43,546 nucleotides of DNA from a virus (Duplodnaviria > Caudoviricetes): positions 1 through 43,546 of IMG/VR virus record IMGVR_UViG_3300037462_000196; one strand, 5' to 3'. Of the stretch, positions 24,643 through 34,504 are shown piece by piece. Made by a program: the position numbers and the translations under genes. The notes under the pieces are model-generated. The model was not told the origin of the DNA, did not search any database, and saw only the letters and a program-made list of their open reading frames with translations. Every line of letters starts with the position of its first letter. The first letter of the stretch is position 1.

Positions 24643-27311
24643 GCGTCCTTGCGGTCTACCGGGAGCCGTTCGGGTTCGCCCCGCGGGTGTTCCGACTGCC
24701 TGAGGGTGAAACGCTGGCGCAGATGGCTGCCCGTGTCAGGGCCTTGCCACCTGACTTCGCGGCGCGCGGCGTGATCTGCATCAACGGCAGGCAGGTCGAA
24801 AGGCGAGCCTGGTCCCTGATCAAGCCGAAGCCGCAGGCAAACGGCATTCCGGTGGAGGTGACCTTTCACTGCGCGCCAAGGGGCGGCGGCGAGGACGGCG
24901 GCAAGTCGGTCCTTGCGCTGGTGGCCTCGATCGCGCTGACCGTGGCCTCAGGCTTCGTGGCGGGCGGTGGCCTTGCCGGTCTGCTGGGCCCGAAGTTCGC
25001 TGCCGGTACGCTTGGGGCGACCGTCCTTGCCGCTGGCGTCGGCCTGGCCGGGTCTTTGCTGGTTTCGGCGCTGATCCCGCCGCCGGCGCTTCAACGAGGC
25101 GCGGACGCGAAGCGGATCACGAACCTAGGTGCGGCGAGCGCCGAGGGTAACCTTCTTGAGCCGAACGCGGCGATTCCGCGCGTGGCCGGAGTGCGAAAGG
25201 TGTTCCCGCCGCTGCTGGCCGAGCCTCTGACGTACTTCGATGGCCCGGACGAGGTTGTCGAGGCGGTCTACGCCCTGAGCGGGCCGCACATGATCAGCGA
25301 CGTCCGGATCGGGGCGGCGAAGGCCGACGACATGACCGACGTGGAGGTCGAGACGCGCGAGGGGTGGCCGGGTAGCGACTTGCTGACGATCGTCAGCCGG
25401 TTCGGGCGGACGGAGCCGCTGCAGAGCGAGCTTCGCGGCCACACGGTCAGCGACAGCGACGGCCGGACGCTGGACTCGACCACCGGAGACATCACAAGCG
25501 CGCTGCCGCAGGCGCAGATCCTCGCGACCCGCGAGGGCCCGGATGAACAGCTTCTGCACCTGACTTTCCCGCAGGGGCTGCACAAGAATGCCAGCGAGAC
25601 AGACCGTGTGCGCGTGCCGATCCGGCTGCGGCTTCGCCCGGTCGGATCGTCGACATGGACGGAGCTTCCCGAGCTGCACTTTCAGGCTGCCAACCTGCGC
25701 CAGCTGCGCGCCACCATTCGCCTGATATGGGCGGACGATGCATCGACGACACCCGGCGCCGCGACGACGGAAGGCTGGGTCGAGGCGCGGCGCTTTGCGC
25801 CCGGACAGACGAATGCGCCTGCGCAGGCGGATTGGGAGGCGGACGCTTACTTCTCGACAGGCTCGGGCGACGTTTTCCTGACCGCAAGCAACCTGGGCAC
25901 GACCGGCGTCGATCATGTCATCCTTGATCGCTTCACGGCGGCGATCTACCTGGACACGGCAACCTTCCCGCGTGGCCGGTACGAGATCGAGATCCGTCGG
26001 GGGGCGCCGTTCCTGGCGTCCGCCTGGTCGGCGTCCGCCTACACGATCTCCGGAACGGTCTGGGACCTGTTCTTCTATCAGGGTACGCCGCAGCGCATTC
26101 CGATCACAAAGGACGGCATCGCGGATACGCTTTACCTTCTGCGGTCGGTCAGCGTTTGGAACCGGCATCCGGCTCCGTCGCGGGATCTGGCGCTGATCGC
26201 CGTCCGGGCCCGGAATCGCGCGCTTGACCGTGTGAGCGCGGTTGTTGGCGGCTATGTCCGCGACTGGGACGGCGCGGCCTGGGCGGACTGGGCGGTGACG
26301 TCGAACCCGGCGCCGCACCTGCGCGACATCTGGACCGGCGCGCAGAACCTGCGGCCGATCCCGGTCAGCCTGATCGATGACGACGGCCTGGTGGCCTGGC
26401 GCACGGCCTGCGCGACGGCGGGCTATGAGGTCAACGCGCTGTTCGAGGGCCAGACCGTCGCGGACGCCGCGCAGATCGCAGCCTCATGCGGATACGCCAG
26501 GCCCATGATGTCGGAGGTCTGGGGCGTGGCACGCGACTATGATCGCAGCGCAGAGGCGCCGGTGCAGATATTCACGCCGAGGAACTCGGCAAACTTCGGC
26601 TGGAAACGCGCCTTCCCGATCGTGCCGGACGCATTCCGCGTGACCTTTCGCGACGCATCCCGCGACTATGAGGCGCGCCAGATCACCGTCGCTAGGACCG
26701 GATCGGACGCGCTGAGCGAGGATACCGAGCAAGTCACCTACGAGGGGCTTGTCACCGAGGCGGAGGTGCGCGCCAAGGCCGTCTATGACCAGCTTCAACC
26801 CGTCTATCGCGGCACGTTCTACAGCCTCGATGCGCCGGCCGAAGCGCTGGTCTGCCGAAAGGGCGACCTCGTCGGCGTGCAGCACGACATGCTGACGCAG
26901 CACGCCGGATATGGCCGGATCATCGACCTCGATCGCGACGGTTCCGGCGATGTGGTTTCGGTCACGCTGGACGGCCCGGTGCCGATCACGAACGAGCCCT
27001 ACATGGACGAAGTGGCCGACCTGTCGGTGGTGCCGGATCTTTCACTTCTCGGCGTCAGCAGCTCGGCCGCCGTACGGCGAACGGTCGGCGGAGTCACGGT
27101 GCACGCCCTGAGCAACGCGACGGGCGAGCATTCCGTCCTCGTCTTCGCCGCCCCGGTCGCGGCCGCAGGGATGATCGAGGGTGTGCTCGTCGCCGTCGGA
27201 CGGTCTGGGCGCGAGTACTTGCGCCTGATTGTTTTCGACGTGCAGGCCCGCCCCAACTTCGAGGCGAGCCTCACGCTGGTCGACGAGGCGCCGGAGCTTT
27301 GGGCGGCCTGA
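24639..27311 (+). CDS. Central tail tip / host-specificity protein (TipJ-like)
   Basis: 890 aa; IPRVAG...PP, TSNPA, PVQIFTPRNS, KGDLV motifs. Confidence 0.85.
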   Translation: MSVLAVYREPFGFAPRVFRLPEGETLAQMAARVRALPPDFAARGVICINGRQVERRAWSLIKPKPQANGIPVEVTFHCAPRGGGEDGGKSVLALVASIALTVASGFVAGGGLAGLLGPKFAAGTLGATVLAAGVGLAGSLLVSALIPPPALQRGADAKRITNLGAASAEGNLLEPNAAIPRVAGVRKVFPPLLAEPLTYFDGPDEVVEAVYALSGPHMISDVRIGAAKADDMTDVEVETREGWPGSDLLTIVSRFGRTEPLQSELRGHTVSDSDGRTLDSTTGDITSALPQAQILATREGPDEQLLHLTFPQGLHKNASETDRVRVPIRLRLRPVGSSTWTELPELHFQAANLRQLRATIRLIWADDASTTPGAATTEGWVEARRFAPGQTNAPAQADWEADAYFSTGSGDVFLTASNLGTTGVDHVILDRFTAAIYLDTATFPRGRYEIEIRRGAPFLASAWSASAYTISGTVWDLFFYQGTPQRIPITKDGIADTLYLLRSVSVWNRHPAPSRDLALIAVRARNRALDRVSAVVGGYVRDWDGAAWADWAVTSNPAPHLRDIWTGAQNLRPIPVSLIDDDGLVAWRTACATAGYEVNALFEGQTVADAAQIAASCGYARPMMSEVWGVARDYDRSAEAPVQIFTPRNSANFGWKRAFPIVPDAFRVTFRDASRDYEARQITVARTGSDALSEDTEQVTYEGLVTEAEVRAKAVYDQLQPVYRGTFYSLDAPAEALVCRKGDLVGVQHDMLTQHAGYGRIIDLDRDGSGDVVSVTLDGPVPITNEPYMDEVADLSVVPDLSLLGVSSSAAVRRTVGGVTVHALSNATGEHSVLVFAAPVAAAGMIEGVLVAVGRSGREYLRLIVFDVQARPNFEASLTLVDEAPELWAA

Positions 27312-27333
27312 TCTTGAATATGGGGAGTTTTGC

Positions 27334-28476
27334 ATGAACCGCGGCGTTTATTCCGGTGCGTCGACCGGCGTTCCATGGCCTGATGATGGCGCGACCGAGG
27401 GCTTCGGGAACGAGTACGCCCGCCTGCGCGACGTTCTTATGGACAACGCGGTCCTGCCGCTGACGGGCATCGGTGGAACCGGCGATGCGGTCACGGCAAC
27501 TGTGGATCCGGAGCTTCCCGTCGGCGGCATCGCCGAGCGCATGAAGTTCACGATCGCCTGGGCCGATGCAAATACCGGAGCCGTCACGCTTTCGGTCAAC
27601 GGCGAGGCGGCGGCGGCTGTCGTCGACAGTTCCGGCAACGCGCTGACCGCGGGGTCGCTTGACGTGGGGCTGGTTTCCGTTCTGGAAGTGATCGGTGGCG
27701 CCTTCCATATCCTGTCGCCGCTGCTGTCTGGTGGCGGCAGTAGCGCAACCCGCTACTACCAGGCCTTCACATCGTCCGGCACCTGGAACAAGCCGGTAGG
27801 CCTTGATCCCGACGCCATGGTCACGGTCGAGGCGTGGGGTGGCGGTGGAGGCGGCGGGCGCAATGGATTGGGCGGCGGCGGCGGCGGCGGCGGCTACGCG
27901 CTGCGCCGCTTTCGGCTGGGCGACCTTCCTGGTTCGGTTTCCGTCACTGTCGGCGCGGGCGGCGCAGGAAGGACGGGCAGCAATGGCAACGGCACGGCGG
28001 GTGGCAACACGACGTTCGGCGCGCTGCTGACCGCCTATGGGGGTGGTGGTGGTGGAAACGGCAATACGCTTGGCACTTCGGCGGGCGGCGGTGGCGGCGG
28101 CGAGTTGGGTGCTGGAGGAAGCGGCGCGGGCGCGACAGAGGGCCTTGCCGGTGCGCCGGGCGGCGGGTCGCATCTCTATCCAAGCGCAGACGCGAGACCT
28201 GACGCGAGAACTGTCTGCGGTGGTGGTGGCGGCGGCGGCGGCGCCGGCGCTTCGCGTGGTGGTGGCTGGGCTGTGCATGGCGGCGGCGGCGGCGGCGTCG
28301 GTGGCGCCACCGCGCTTTTGAGGGCGGGCGGACTGAGCCTGCACGGCGGAAATGGCGGGGATGGCGGCAGCAGTTCCGCCGGTTCGCCAGGGTCGGCGCC
28401 GGGTGGCGGCGGCGGTGGCGGCAATTCGGCTGATGGCGGCGACGGCGCCCGCGGCGAGGTGCGCATCTGGATATGA
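27334..28476 (+). CDS. Glycine-rich tail fibre/receptor-binding protein
   Basis: FTSSGTWNKP...WGGGGGGG...GARGEVRIW glycine-rich domain. Confidence 0.8.
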   Translation: MNRGVYSGASTGVPWPDDGATEGFGNEYARLRDVLMDNAVLPLTGIGGTGDAVTATVDPELPVGGIAERMKFTIAWADANTGAVTLSVNGEAAAAVVDSSGNALTAGSLDVGLVSVLEVIGGAFHILSPLLSGGGSSATRYYQAFTSSGTWNKPVGLDPDAMVTVEAWGGGGGGGRNGLGGGGGGGGYALRRFRLGDLPGSVSVTVGAGGAGRTGSNGNGTAGGNTTFGALLTAYGGGGGGNGNTLGTSAGGGGGGELGAGGSGAGATEGLAGAPGGGSHLYPSADARPDARTVCGGGGGGGGAGASRGGGWAVHGGGGGGVGGATALLRAGGLSLHGGNGGDGGSSSAGSPGSAPGGGGGGGNSADGGDGARGEVRIWI

Positions 28477-28577
28477 CGCCGGCGTGATGCCGGGTCCGCC
28501 CGGCGGCGATCAATCCGGCCGTCTTTGCCTTGGGGCAAGCGGTCGGTGGACTTCAACTTCGAACAAGCGAGGCGACA

Positions 28578-28961
28578 ATGAGCAGCTTCTCCGACTTCCT
28601 GGAAAACGAACTTCTGGACCACGTTTTCCGAAACTCGGCCTATTCTTCGCCGGCGGCGGTCTACCTGGCGCTCTACACCGCGGCCCCGACCGACGCCGGT
28701 GGCGGTACGCAGGTCAGCGGCGCCGGATATGCCCGGCAGGCCATCACGTTCGGCGCCGCGAGCGGCGGCGCTATCTCGAACACCAGCGCGGTCAGCTTCA
28801 CCGCGTCTGGCGGCAGCTTCGGCACCGTGGTTGCCGTTGGCATCTTCGATGCTGCGTCGGGCGGCAACCTGCTGGCATGGGATGACATCGACGCGGCGAC
28901 GGTGGGTGACGGCGATACGATCACGTTCGCGATCGGCGATCTCGACGTTTCGCTTAGCTGA
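28578..28961 (+). CDS. Small fibre-associated structural protein
   Basis: MSSFSDFLENELLDHVF...YLALYTAAP...GYARQ...IFDAASGGNLL family. Confidence 0.8.
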   Translation: MSSFSDFLENELLDHVFRNSAYSSPAAVYLALYTAAPTDAGGGTQVSGAGYARQAITFGAASGGAISNTSAVSFTASGGSFGTVVAVGIFDAASGGNLLAWDDIDAATVGDGDTITFAIGDLDVSLS

Positions 28962-28971
28962 AGAGGCGCAG

Positions 28972-29916
28972 ATGCCTATAACGCACAGCGTCACGGCCAC
29001 GGGCACCAACGACGGAACGAAGCAGGTTTCTGTCGACGCCTGGAACGACGAGCACGCCATCACTGGTCGGGTAGATTTCCCGCTCGTGTCGGCGCCCACC
29101 GCGCCGCCCGCCGATACTGTCGGGATCTTTGGGCGGCGCATCGCCAACCGGATGCTGCCGGCTTTCGTCGGGCCTTCTGGTCTTGACAGTGCGCTACAAG
29201 CGCTGATCGCCCGTAACAAGGTCGGCATCTGGGTTCCGCCTGGCAACGCGACCACGGTTCCCGGCGTGTTCGGTCTGGCGGCGATGTCGGCGGTTGGCAC
29301 GGCCACGGCCCGCAACGTCGCGACGACGAACCTGTTCGCGCGACTGCGCCGGCTTGGCTACGTCAGCGCGGCGACTGCCGGATCGCTGGGCGGGGCGCGG
29401 CAGGGGGCGCTTCAATACACCACTGGCGATGGCGCGGGGCTCGGCGGTTTCTTCATGGTGGTCCGGTTCGGGGTTGCGGCCTTCACTTCGGACATGCGGA
29501 TGTTTGTCGGAATGCGGCCGATCACCAGCGCCCCGACCAACGCCGAGCCCTCGGGGTTCGTGAACTCGGTCGGCGTGGGCTGTGGCGCGGCGGACAGCAA
29601 CCTCTCCATCTTCTATGGGGGCACGTCGGCACAGACGCCAATCGCTCTGGGCGCGAACTTCCCGGCCAAGACGGCGAACACGGACGTGTACGAGATGGCC
29701 CTCTTCTCCCCGCCGACCTCTACCGGGACGATCCACTACGAGGTTACGCGCCTCAACACGGGCGACGTGGCGACCGGAACCCTGTCGGGCGGGGCGGCTG
29801 TCGTTCCCGACAGCAGCGTGCTTCTCGCCGCTCTGATCGCGTGGGTGTCGAACAATGCCACGGCCTCGGCAGTCGGCTTGGACATCGCGTCCTTCTACAT
29901 CGAGACGGACTATTGA
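28972..29916 (+). CDS. Putative fibre/lectin-like structural protein
   Basis: 314 aa, beta-rich; N-terminal DAWNDEH motif; AGAGG RBS. Confidence 0.7.
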   Translation: MPITHSVTATGTNDGTKQVSVDAWNDEHAITGRVDFPLVSAPTAPPADTVGIFGRRIANRMLPAFVGPSGLDSALQALIARNKVGIWVPPGNATTVPGVFGLAAMSAVGTATARNVATTNLFARLRRLGYVSAATAGSLGGARQGALQYTTGDGAGLGGFFMVVRFGVAAFTSDMRMFVGMRPITSAPTNAEPSGFVNSVGVGCGAADSNLSIFYGGTSAQTPIALGANFPAKTANTDVYEMALFSPPTSTGTIHYEVTRLNTGDVATGTLSGGAAVVPDSSVLLAALIAWVSNNATASAVGLDIASFYIETDY

Positions 29917-29919
29917 GCG

Positions 29920-31422
29920 ATGGCGTGGCTTGACGGCGGTGTCGCCAGCGGCCCGGGAAACGAAACGACCCAGACCGTATCTGGGCTGGACGTAGGCGCG
30001 GCTGACGCCGACCGCTGGATCATTGCGGCCGTCGCAATCCTGCCGGACTCCGCGACCGGGTTTTCGGGCGTCACCATCGGCGGCGAGACCGCCACGCAGA
30101 TGGGATCGATCCAGAGCGAGGGGTTCACGCGGATCGGGTACTGGAAGGCCAACGTGCCGACCGGAACCACCGCCGCGGTCGCGGTGACGGCGAACGGCAC
30201 GCTCTACGACACGGCTGTTGCGGTGGCGCGCTATGTCGGCGAGCCGACCTTCAGCGACATCGCCATCGACGATACCCATGCCTCTGGCGTCTACTCGCTG
30301 ACCATCGACGTGCCGGAGGATGGTGAGCTTCTGGCCGTGCTCGTCTACCAGTACGACACGACCACCGCAGACTGGACCGGCGCGACCGAGGACTTCGAGG
30401 ACGCCAGCAGTTCGAGCGTGCACTTGCACGGTGCGTCCGCGACGGGCCTGAGCGAAGAGACGGCGCGCGCGATCGCTGTGACGATGGGTCGCACGACGAA
30501 CTTCTTCAACGACGCGCTGACCGCCATCACTTTCACGCTGCCACCTGGCGTCGACGCGGTATTCGATCCGGCTGTCTTCGACAGCCTGATCTTCGATGCT
30601 GGCGCCTCTGGTGGGCCGTTCAACCGCGCCGCCGCAATTGTCGGTGTCGGCACGTTTGGTGCTGCGGCAGTGCGTACGCTCCGAAGGTCGGCGGCCGCGG
30701 GGGCGGTCAGCGGCGTTTCGGCATCCGCAGCAGTAACCTTGCGTCGGCCGGCGGCCGTAGGGGCATCGTCTTCCTTCTCGGCGCTCGGCAGGCTGTTGCG
30801 GTCGAGGTCGGCCCAAGTTGTCTCGGTCGGCGGGTTTGCCGCGCGCGCCATCAGAACCTTGCGCCGCTCGGCGGGGGTCGTAGGGCTGTCGACGTTCGTG
30901 GCCGAGGCGCAAACCGCAGCGGTGATTGCGCGTGCTGCGCAGGTCGTGGCGGCCTCGTCGTTCGGCGCGGCCTATGCGCTTGTCCGGCGTCGCGCTGCGG
31001 CGGTTGCCTCGGGAAGCAGTCTCGCGGCGACTGCGGCCCGCACGCTTCGCAGGTCGGCCAGCGCGGCCGCGACCTCGACGTTCACGGCGGCGGCCGAGGC
31101 TGTTTCGCTCTTCAGCCGTGCCGCGAGCGCCGTGGCGGCATCGACCTTTCTGGCGCTGCCAGGGCTGACGCGCCGCCGCGCTGCGGGGATCGTCGCATCT
31201 TCGGCGTTCGCAGGTTCGCCGGTTCGAGCCTTGCGCCGGTCGGCTGCGATCGCCGCGGCCGCCGTGTTCCGCGCGGAGCGTGAGATCGTCGGGGAATTTA
31301 CCGCCGACGACGAGATCGCCATCGTCTTTGCGGTGCCGGCTGTTGTGGTGGTCGGCGCGGTCGGAATCGTGCCGGTTGCCGCCGCCCGTGGCGCGCTGCC
31401 GTTCAAATGGAGGGGTGCATGA
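29920..31422 (+). CDS. Fibre protein with beta-rich N-domain and about 11 x 20-aa repeats
   Basis: FDPAVFD linker, then R(S/A)AxxxxxSxFxAxxxRxLR repeats. Confidence 0.75.
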   Translation: MAWLDGGVASGPGNETTQTVSGLDVGAADADRWIIAAVAILPDSATGFSGVTIGGETATQMGSIQSEGFTRIGYWKANVPTGTTAAVAVTANGTLYDTAVAVARYVGEPTFSDIAIDDTHASGVYSLTIDVPEDGELLAVLVYQYDTTTADWTGATEDFEDASSSSVHLHGASATGLSEETARAIAVTMGRTTNFFNDALTAITFTLPPGVDAVFDPAVFDSLIFDAGASGGPFNRAAAIVGVGTFGAAAVRTLRRSAAAGAVSGVSASAAVTLRRPAAVGASSSFSALGRLLRSRSAQVVSVGGFAARAIRTLRRSAGVVGLSTFVAEAQTAAVIARAAQVVAASSFGAAYALVRRRAAAVASGSSLAATAARTLRRSASAAATSTFTAAAEAVSLFSRAASAVAASTFLALPGLTRRRAAGIVASSAFAGSPVRALRRSAAIAAAAVFRAEREIVGEFTADDEIAIVFAVPAVVVVGAVGIVPVAAARGALPFKWRGA

Positions 31423-31730
31423 CTGCCGAGTTCGATCTGGTGGCCTTGAAGTCCTGGCAGTTGCGGATCCCGGTCTACGAGGCCGATGGCGTCACGCCCC
31501 GATCGGTGGCGTCTGCGACGTGCGCCGCCTACCTGCGCGTCGCTGGCAGTCTTCTGGCGGCGGACGTGGTCGCGCCGGGAAGCGATGGCGTGTCGTTCGA
31601 GGCCACCTGGAACGAGGAACGCATTCCGCACGGGCGCGGCGTCGGCGAGGTCGCGGTGCGCTACGCGGAGAACGATCACCAAGGGACCGTCTTCAACGTG
31701 ACTGTCGCGCAGAACGTGGTGCCGGCCTGA
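31419..31730 (+). CDS. Hypothetical structural/adaptor protein
   Basis: 103 aa, beta-rich, translationally coupled. Confidence 0.65.
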   Translation: MTAEFDLVALKSWQLRIPVYEADGVTPRSVASATCAAYLRVAGSLLAADVVAPGSDGVSFEATWNEERIPHGRGVGEVAVRYAENDHQGTVFNVTVAQNVVPA

Positions 31731-32074
31731 TGTCCCGGCCCGCCGTCCTTCGTCGCGTGATCGCCGAGCTGCTGACGCCTGGAGGCGATCAGACGCCCTA
31801 CATCGCCGGCGTCGTCGGCATGGCGCACGCCCTGGTGGGGGCCGCGCTGATTCAGCACTTCGGCTGGCAGGGCGGCGCAGGCGCGCTGGCCATGGCGGCC
31901 GCCTACTGGGCGGCGAAGGAGTGGGGCGACCTGCGCCGGGGCGGCGCTTGGCGGGACGGCGCGCAGGACGCGGGCTTCGTCCTGTGGGGCGCGCTCTACG
32001 GGCCGGGCTGGTGGCCGGCGTCGGTCCTGGCGCTGGGGCTGATGGTCATGGTGGCACGGGAGGCAAGGCGTTGA
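31730..32074 (+). CDS. Membrane protein A
   Basis: AHALVG...YWAAKEWGD...DGAQDAGF; several hydrophobic helices. Confidence 0.75.
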   Translation: MSRPAVLRRVIAELLTPGGDQTPYIAGVVGMAHALVGAALIQHFGWQGGAGALAMAAAYWAAKEWGDLRRGGAWRDGAQDAGFVLWGALYGPGWWPASVLALGLMVMVAREARR

Positions 32075-32514
32075 CTGTTCTTCGGATCGGGTGCGTGATC
32101 CTCGACGGATGGCTGGAACAGCCGCTTTTGAAGCTGGCGGCGCTGGCGCTTGCCGTGATCGGCTCGCTCTTCTGGATCGAGGCAGGCTTGCAGGGCGAGG
32201 CATTCAGCGCAGAGGTGTTCGGGCGTTTCGCGACGTCCTATCCGGCAGAGATGTGGGCCGCCTTCATGATGGCGGGCGGCGTGCTGCTGTTTGTCGGGCT
32301 ACTGCGGCCCCCGAGGCGAGAAATGGTCACGGTCGGGTCGGCCCTTCTGGGCGTGCTTTGGGAGGCGTGGCATCTGATGATCGGCGGGCGCGGCAAGGAC
32401 AGCAGAAACGACCTGTTCTTCTACGCCTTCGGGCTGGCCTACGCCGGCCCGCTGTGGTGGCCGATCCTCGGGCTGGCGCTGGTGGCGGCGCATGTCTGGT
32501 GGAGGGGTAGGTGA
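32071..32514 (+). CDS. Chimeric membrane protein (N-part like B, C-part like A)
   Basis: TTG start overlapping the upstream stop (alternative GTG 32095); see finding. Confidence 0.65.
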   Translation: MTVLRIGCVILDGWLEQPLLKLAALALAVIGSLFWIEAGLQGEAFSAEVFGRFATSYPAEMWAAFMMAGGVLLFVGLLRPPRREMVTVGSALLGVLWEAWHLMIGGRGKDSRNDLFFYAFGLAYAGPLWWPILGLALVAAHVWWRGR

Positions 32515-32936
32515 ACGTACGGACCATTGTTTCCGACGTCTGGCACGAATGGCTCGGCCAGCCCGTGTTGCGGCTGATTGCCATTCAGTACGTCCTGATC
32601 GGGGCGGCGTTCTGGATCGAATCGTCGCTGCGCGGGGATGCATTCTCGGCCGACGTGTTCGGCAGGTTCGCGACATCGTTCCGCGCCGAGCTATGGGCTG
32701 CGTCCATGATGGCGGGCGGCGGTTTGACCTACATCGGACTCATTCACCCGCCAAACCGGGGCATGGTCGCATTCGGGTCCGCGATCAGCCTCGGCCAGTT
32801 TCTCGCGCTCGCGTACTCGGCGATTCATACGGGTGGCGAGCTCGTCATCGGGCTCTACGCCAGTACCATGCTTGCGCCCCTGTCACTGATTACGCTCTGG
32901 AAGGCGCTTCATGGACCCGACCACCCTTCTTCCTGA
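32511..32936 (+). CDS. Membrane protein B (about 4 TM)
   Basis: GTG start with GGAGG RBS; hydrophobic helices. Confidence 0.75.
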   Translation: MNVRTIVSDVWHEWLGQPVLRLIAIQYVLIGAAFWIESSLRGDAFSADVFGRFATSFRAELWAASMMAGGGLTYIGLIHPPNRGMVAFGSAISLGQFLALAYSAIHTGGELVIGLYASTMLAPLSLITLWKALHGPDHPSS

Positions 32937-33144
32937 TCTGGTCAAGGCGCTCGGGCCGACAGGCGGGGTGATTTACCTTCTGTGGTGGTTGACGACGCGG
33001 GCGCCCAAGCCTCCGCCGCCGCCGGATGCGCACGAGGCGTGGCGCGCCGAGGTGGTCAAGTTGCTGCACGACCTGATCGAGGAACAGCGCGAGGCGAACA
33101 CCACGCTGCAGGTCTTGAAGGACCGCCTGCCGCGCAGGGATTGA
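32911..33144 (+). CDS. Single-TM coiled-coil protein, holin-like
   Basis: One TM plus coiled coil directly before the endolysin. Confidence 0.55.
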   Translation: MDPTTLLPDLVKALGPTGGVIYLLWWLTTRAPKPPPPPDAHEAWRAEVVKLLHDLIEEQREANTTLQVLKDRLPRRD

Positions 33145-33165
33145 CACCAACCGAAAGGATTCCCG

Positions 33166-33870
33166 ATGGATCGGGCTGCAATCTGCATCCCCCGCATTCT
33201 CAAGCATGAGGGCGGGTACGTGAACCATCCCAGCGACCCGGGCGGCCCGACGAACAAGGGAATCACGCTCGCCACGTTCCGGCGATACATCAGCCGCAAC
33301 GGTACGGTGGCAGACCTCAAGGCGCTGACGACTGATCAGGCCGTGCGCGTCTACAAGGCGCAATATTGGGATGCCGTGCGGGCCGACGAACTGCCGGCTG
33401 GCCTTGACTACGCCGTGGCGGACTACGCCGTGAACTCCGGCCCCGGCCGAGCGGTCAAGGCGCTGCAGCGGGTGCTCGGGGTTGCCGTGGATGGCAAGAT
33501 CGGGCCGGTCACATTGAGCGCGGCTAGGGCGGTTTCCGTCGCCGGCGCGATCAACGCACTCTGCGACGAGCGGATGGCATTCCTGCGCCGGCTCAAAACG
33601 TGGCCGACATTCGGCAAGGGATGGACGCGTCGGGTGGCCGACGTGCGGGCCGATGCCCTGCGCGACGCCGTGGCCCCACAGCGCCCCGCAGAGCCGCCTC
33701 TCGTCCTGCAGCCCTCCACGCCCGCCCCGACTTCGCCGCCAGCGGGCAAAAAACAGGGGTCTGGCGCAGCCGCTGGCGGGATCGCCGCGCTGGTGCTGGC
33801 GGGCGGCGCCGCGCTGGCGGCGAAATGGGCCGAGTTCACGGGGTGGATCGCCTCGTGGTGGCCGTTCTGA
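33166..33870 (+). CDS. Endolysin, glycoside hydrolase family 108 with PG-binding domain
   Basis: HEGGYVNHPSDPGGPTNKGIT, D.AVNSG, DGKIGPVT, FGKGWTRR; Pro-rich linker and C-terminal hydrophobic tail. Confidence 0.95.
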   Translation: MDRAAICIPRILKHEGGYVNHPSDPGGPTNKGITLATFRRYISRNGTVADLKALTTDQAVRVYKAQYWDAVRADELPAGLDYAVADYAVNSGPGRAVKALQRVLGVAVDGKIGPVTLSAARAVSVAGAINALCDERMAFLRRLKTWPTFGKGWTRRVADVRADALRDAVAPQRPAEPPLVLQPSTPAPTSPPAGKKQGSGAAAGGIAALVLAGGAALAAKWAEFTGWIASWWPF

Positions 33871-33892
33871 TCCTCAACCGAAGGGAACCGAC

Positions 33893-34105
33893 ATGAAAGA
33901 CGAACTGATCGTCATGGTCCGCATCGGGCTGTACGTGCTGGCCGGCCGGCTTGCGGCCGGCGGGTGGTTGCCGCCCGGCGCCGATGCTCACCTGACCTCG
34001 CCGGAGGCGGTCGAGACCGTCGTCGCGCTGATCGTCGGCGCCGGTGCGCTGCTGTGGTACCTGGGCTCTCGCGCCAGGGCCGCGCTCAAGGGGCTGCGCA
34101 GATGA
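33893..34105 (+). CDS. Two-TM holin-like protein
   Basis: MKDELIVMVRIGLYVLAG...; two hydrophobic helices and a basic C-terminus. Confidence 0.65.
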   Translation: MKDELIVMVRIGLYVLAGRLAAGGWLPPGADAHLTSPEAVETVVALIVGAGALLWYLGSRARAALKGLRR

Positions 34106-34332
34106 TCGGCGATCTGATCGGCGGGCTCTGGCCCTACATCGCTGCCGGCGCCGTCGCCGTCTTCTCGGCGCTTGGGCTGTACCTGAAGGGCCGCCGCGAC
34201 GCCAACCATAGCACCCGCGCCAAGGCCGCCGAGGGGCGGCTGAGCACCATCGAGGAAAGGAACCGCCATGCGCGCGACGCTGACACGCAGGATGACCCGG
34301 CTCTGGTTGATCGTCTCACTCGCCGCGACTAG
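34102..34332 (+). CDS. Inner-membrane spanin (Rz-like)
   Basis: N-terminal TM, then helical periplasmic part; overlaps a lipoprotein gene. Confidence 0.7.
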   Translation: MIGDLIGGLWPYIAAGAVAVFSALGLYLKGRRDANHSTRAKAAEGRLSTIEERNRHARDADTQDDPALVDRLTRRD

Positions 34333-34504
34333 CGCCTGTGCGCCGCAGATCGGGGCCGGGCTGTTCTGCGACGTGGTGCAGGGGCCTATCGAGTTCCCGC
34401 GCCCGGTGGCGGAGGTGGTGGTGCAGGGTGCGCGCGCGGAGGCGGTAGCCATCGACACGCAGAACCGCTACGGCGCGGCGAACTGTCCGGGGTGGCGGCG
34501 GTGA
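34292..34504 (+). CDS. Outer-membrane spanin lipoprotein (Rz1-like)
   Basis: MTRLWLIVSLAATSAC lipobox; overlaps the Rz-like gene in another frame (alternative start 34268). Confidence 0.7.
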   Translation: MTRLWLIVSLAATSACAPQIGAGLFCDVVQGPIEFPRPVAEVVVQGARAEAVAIDTQNRYGAANCPGWRR

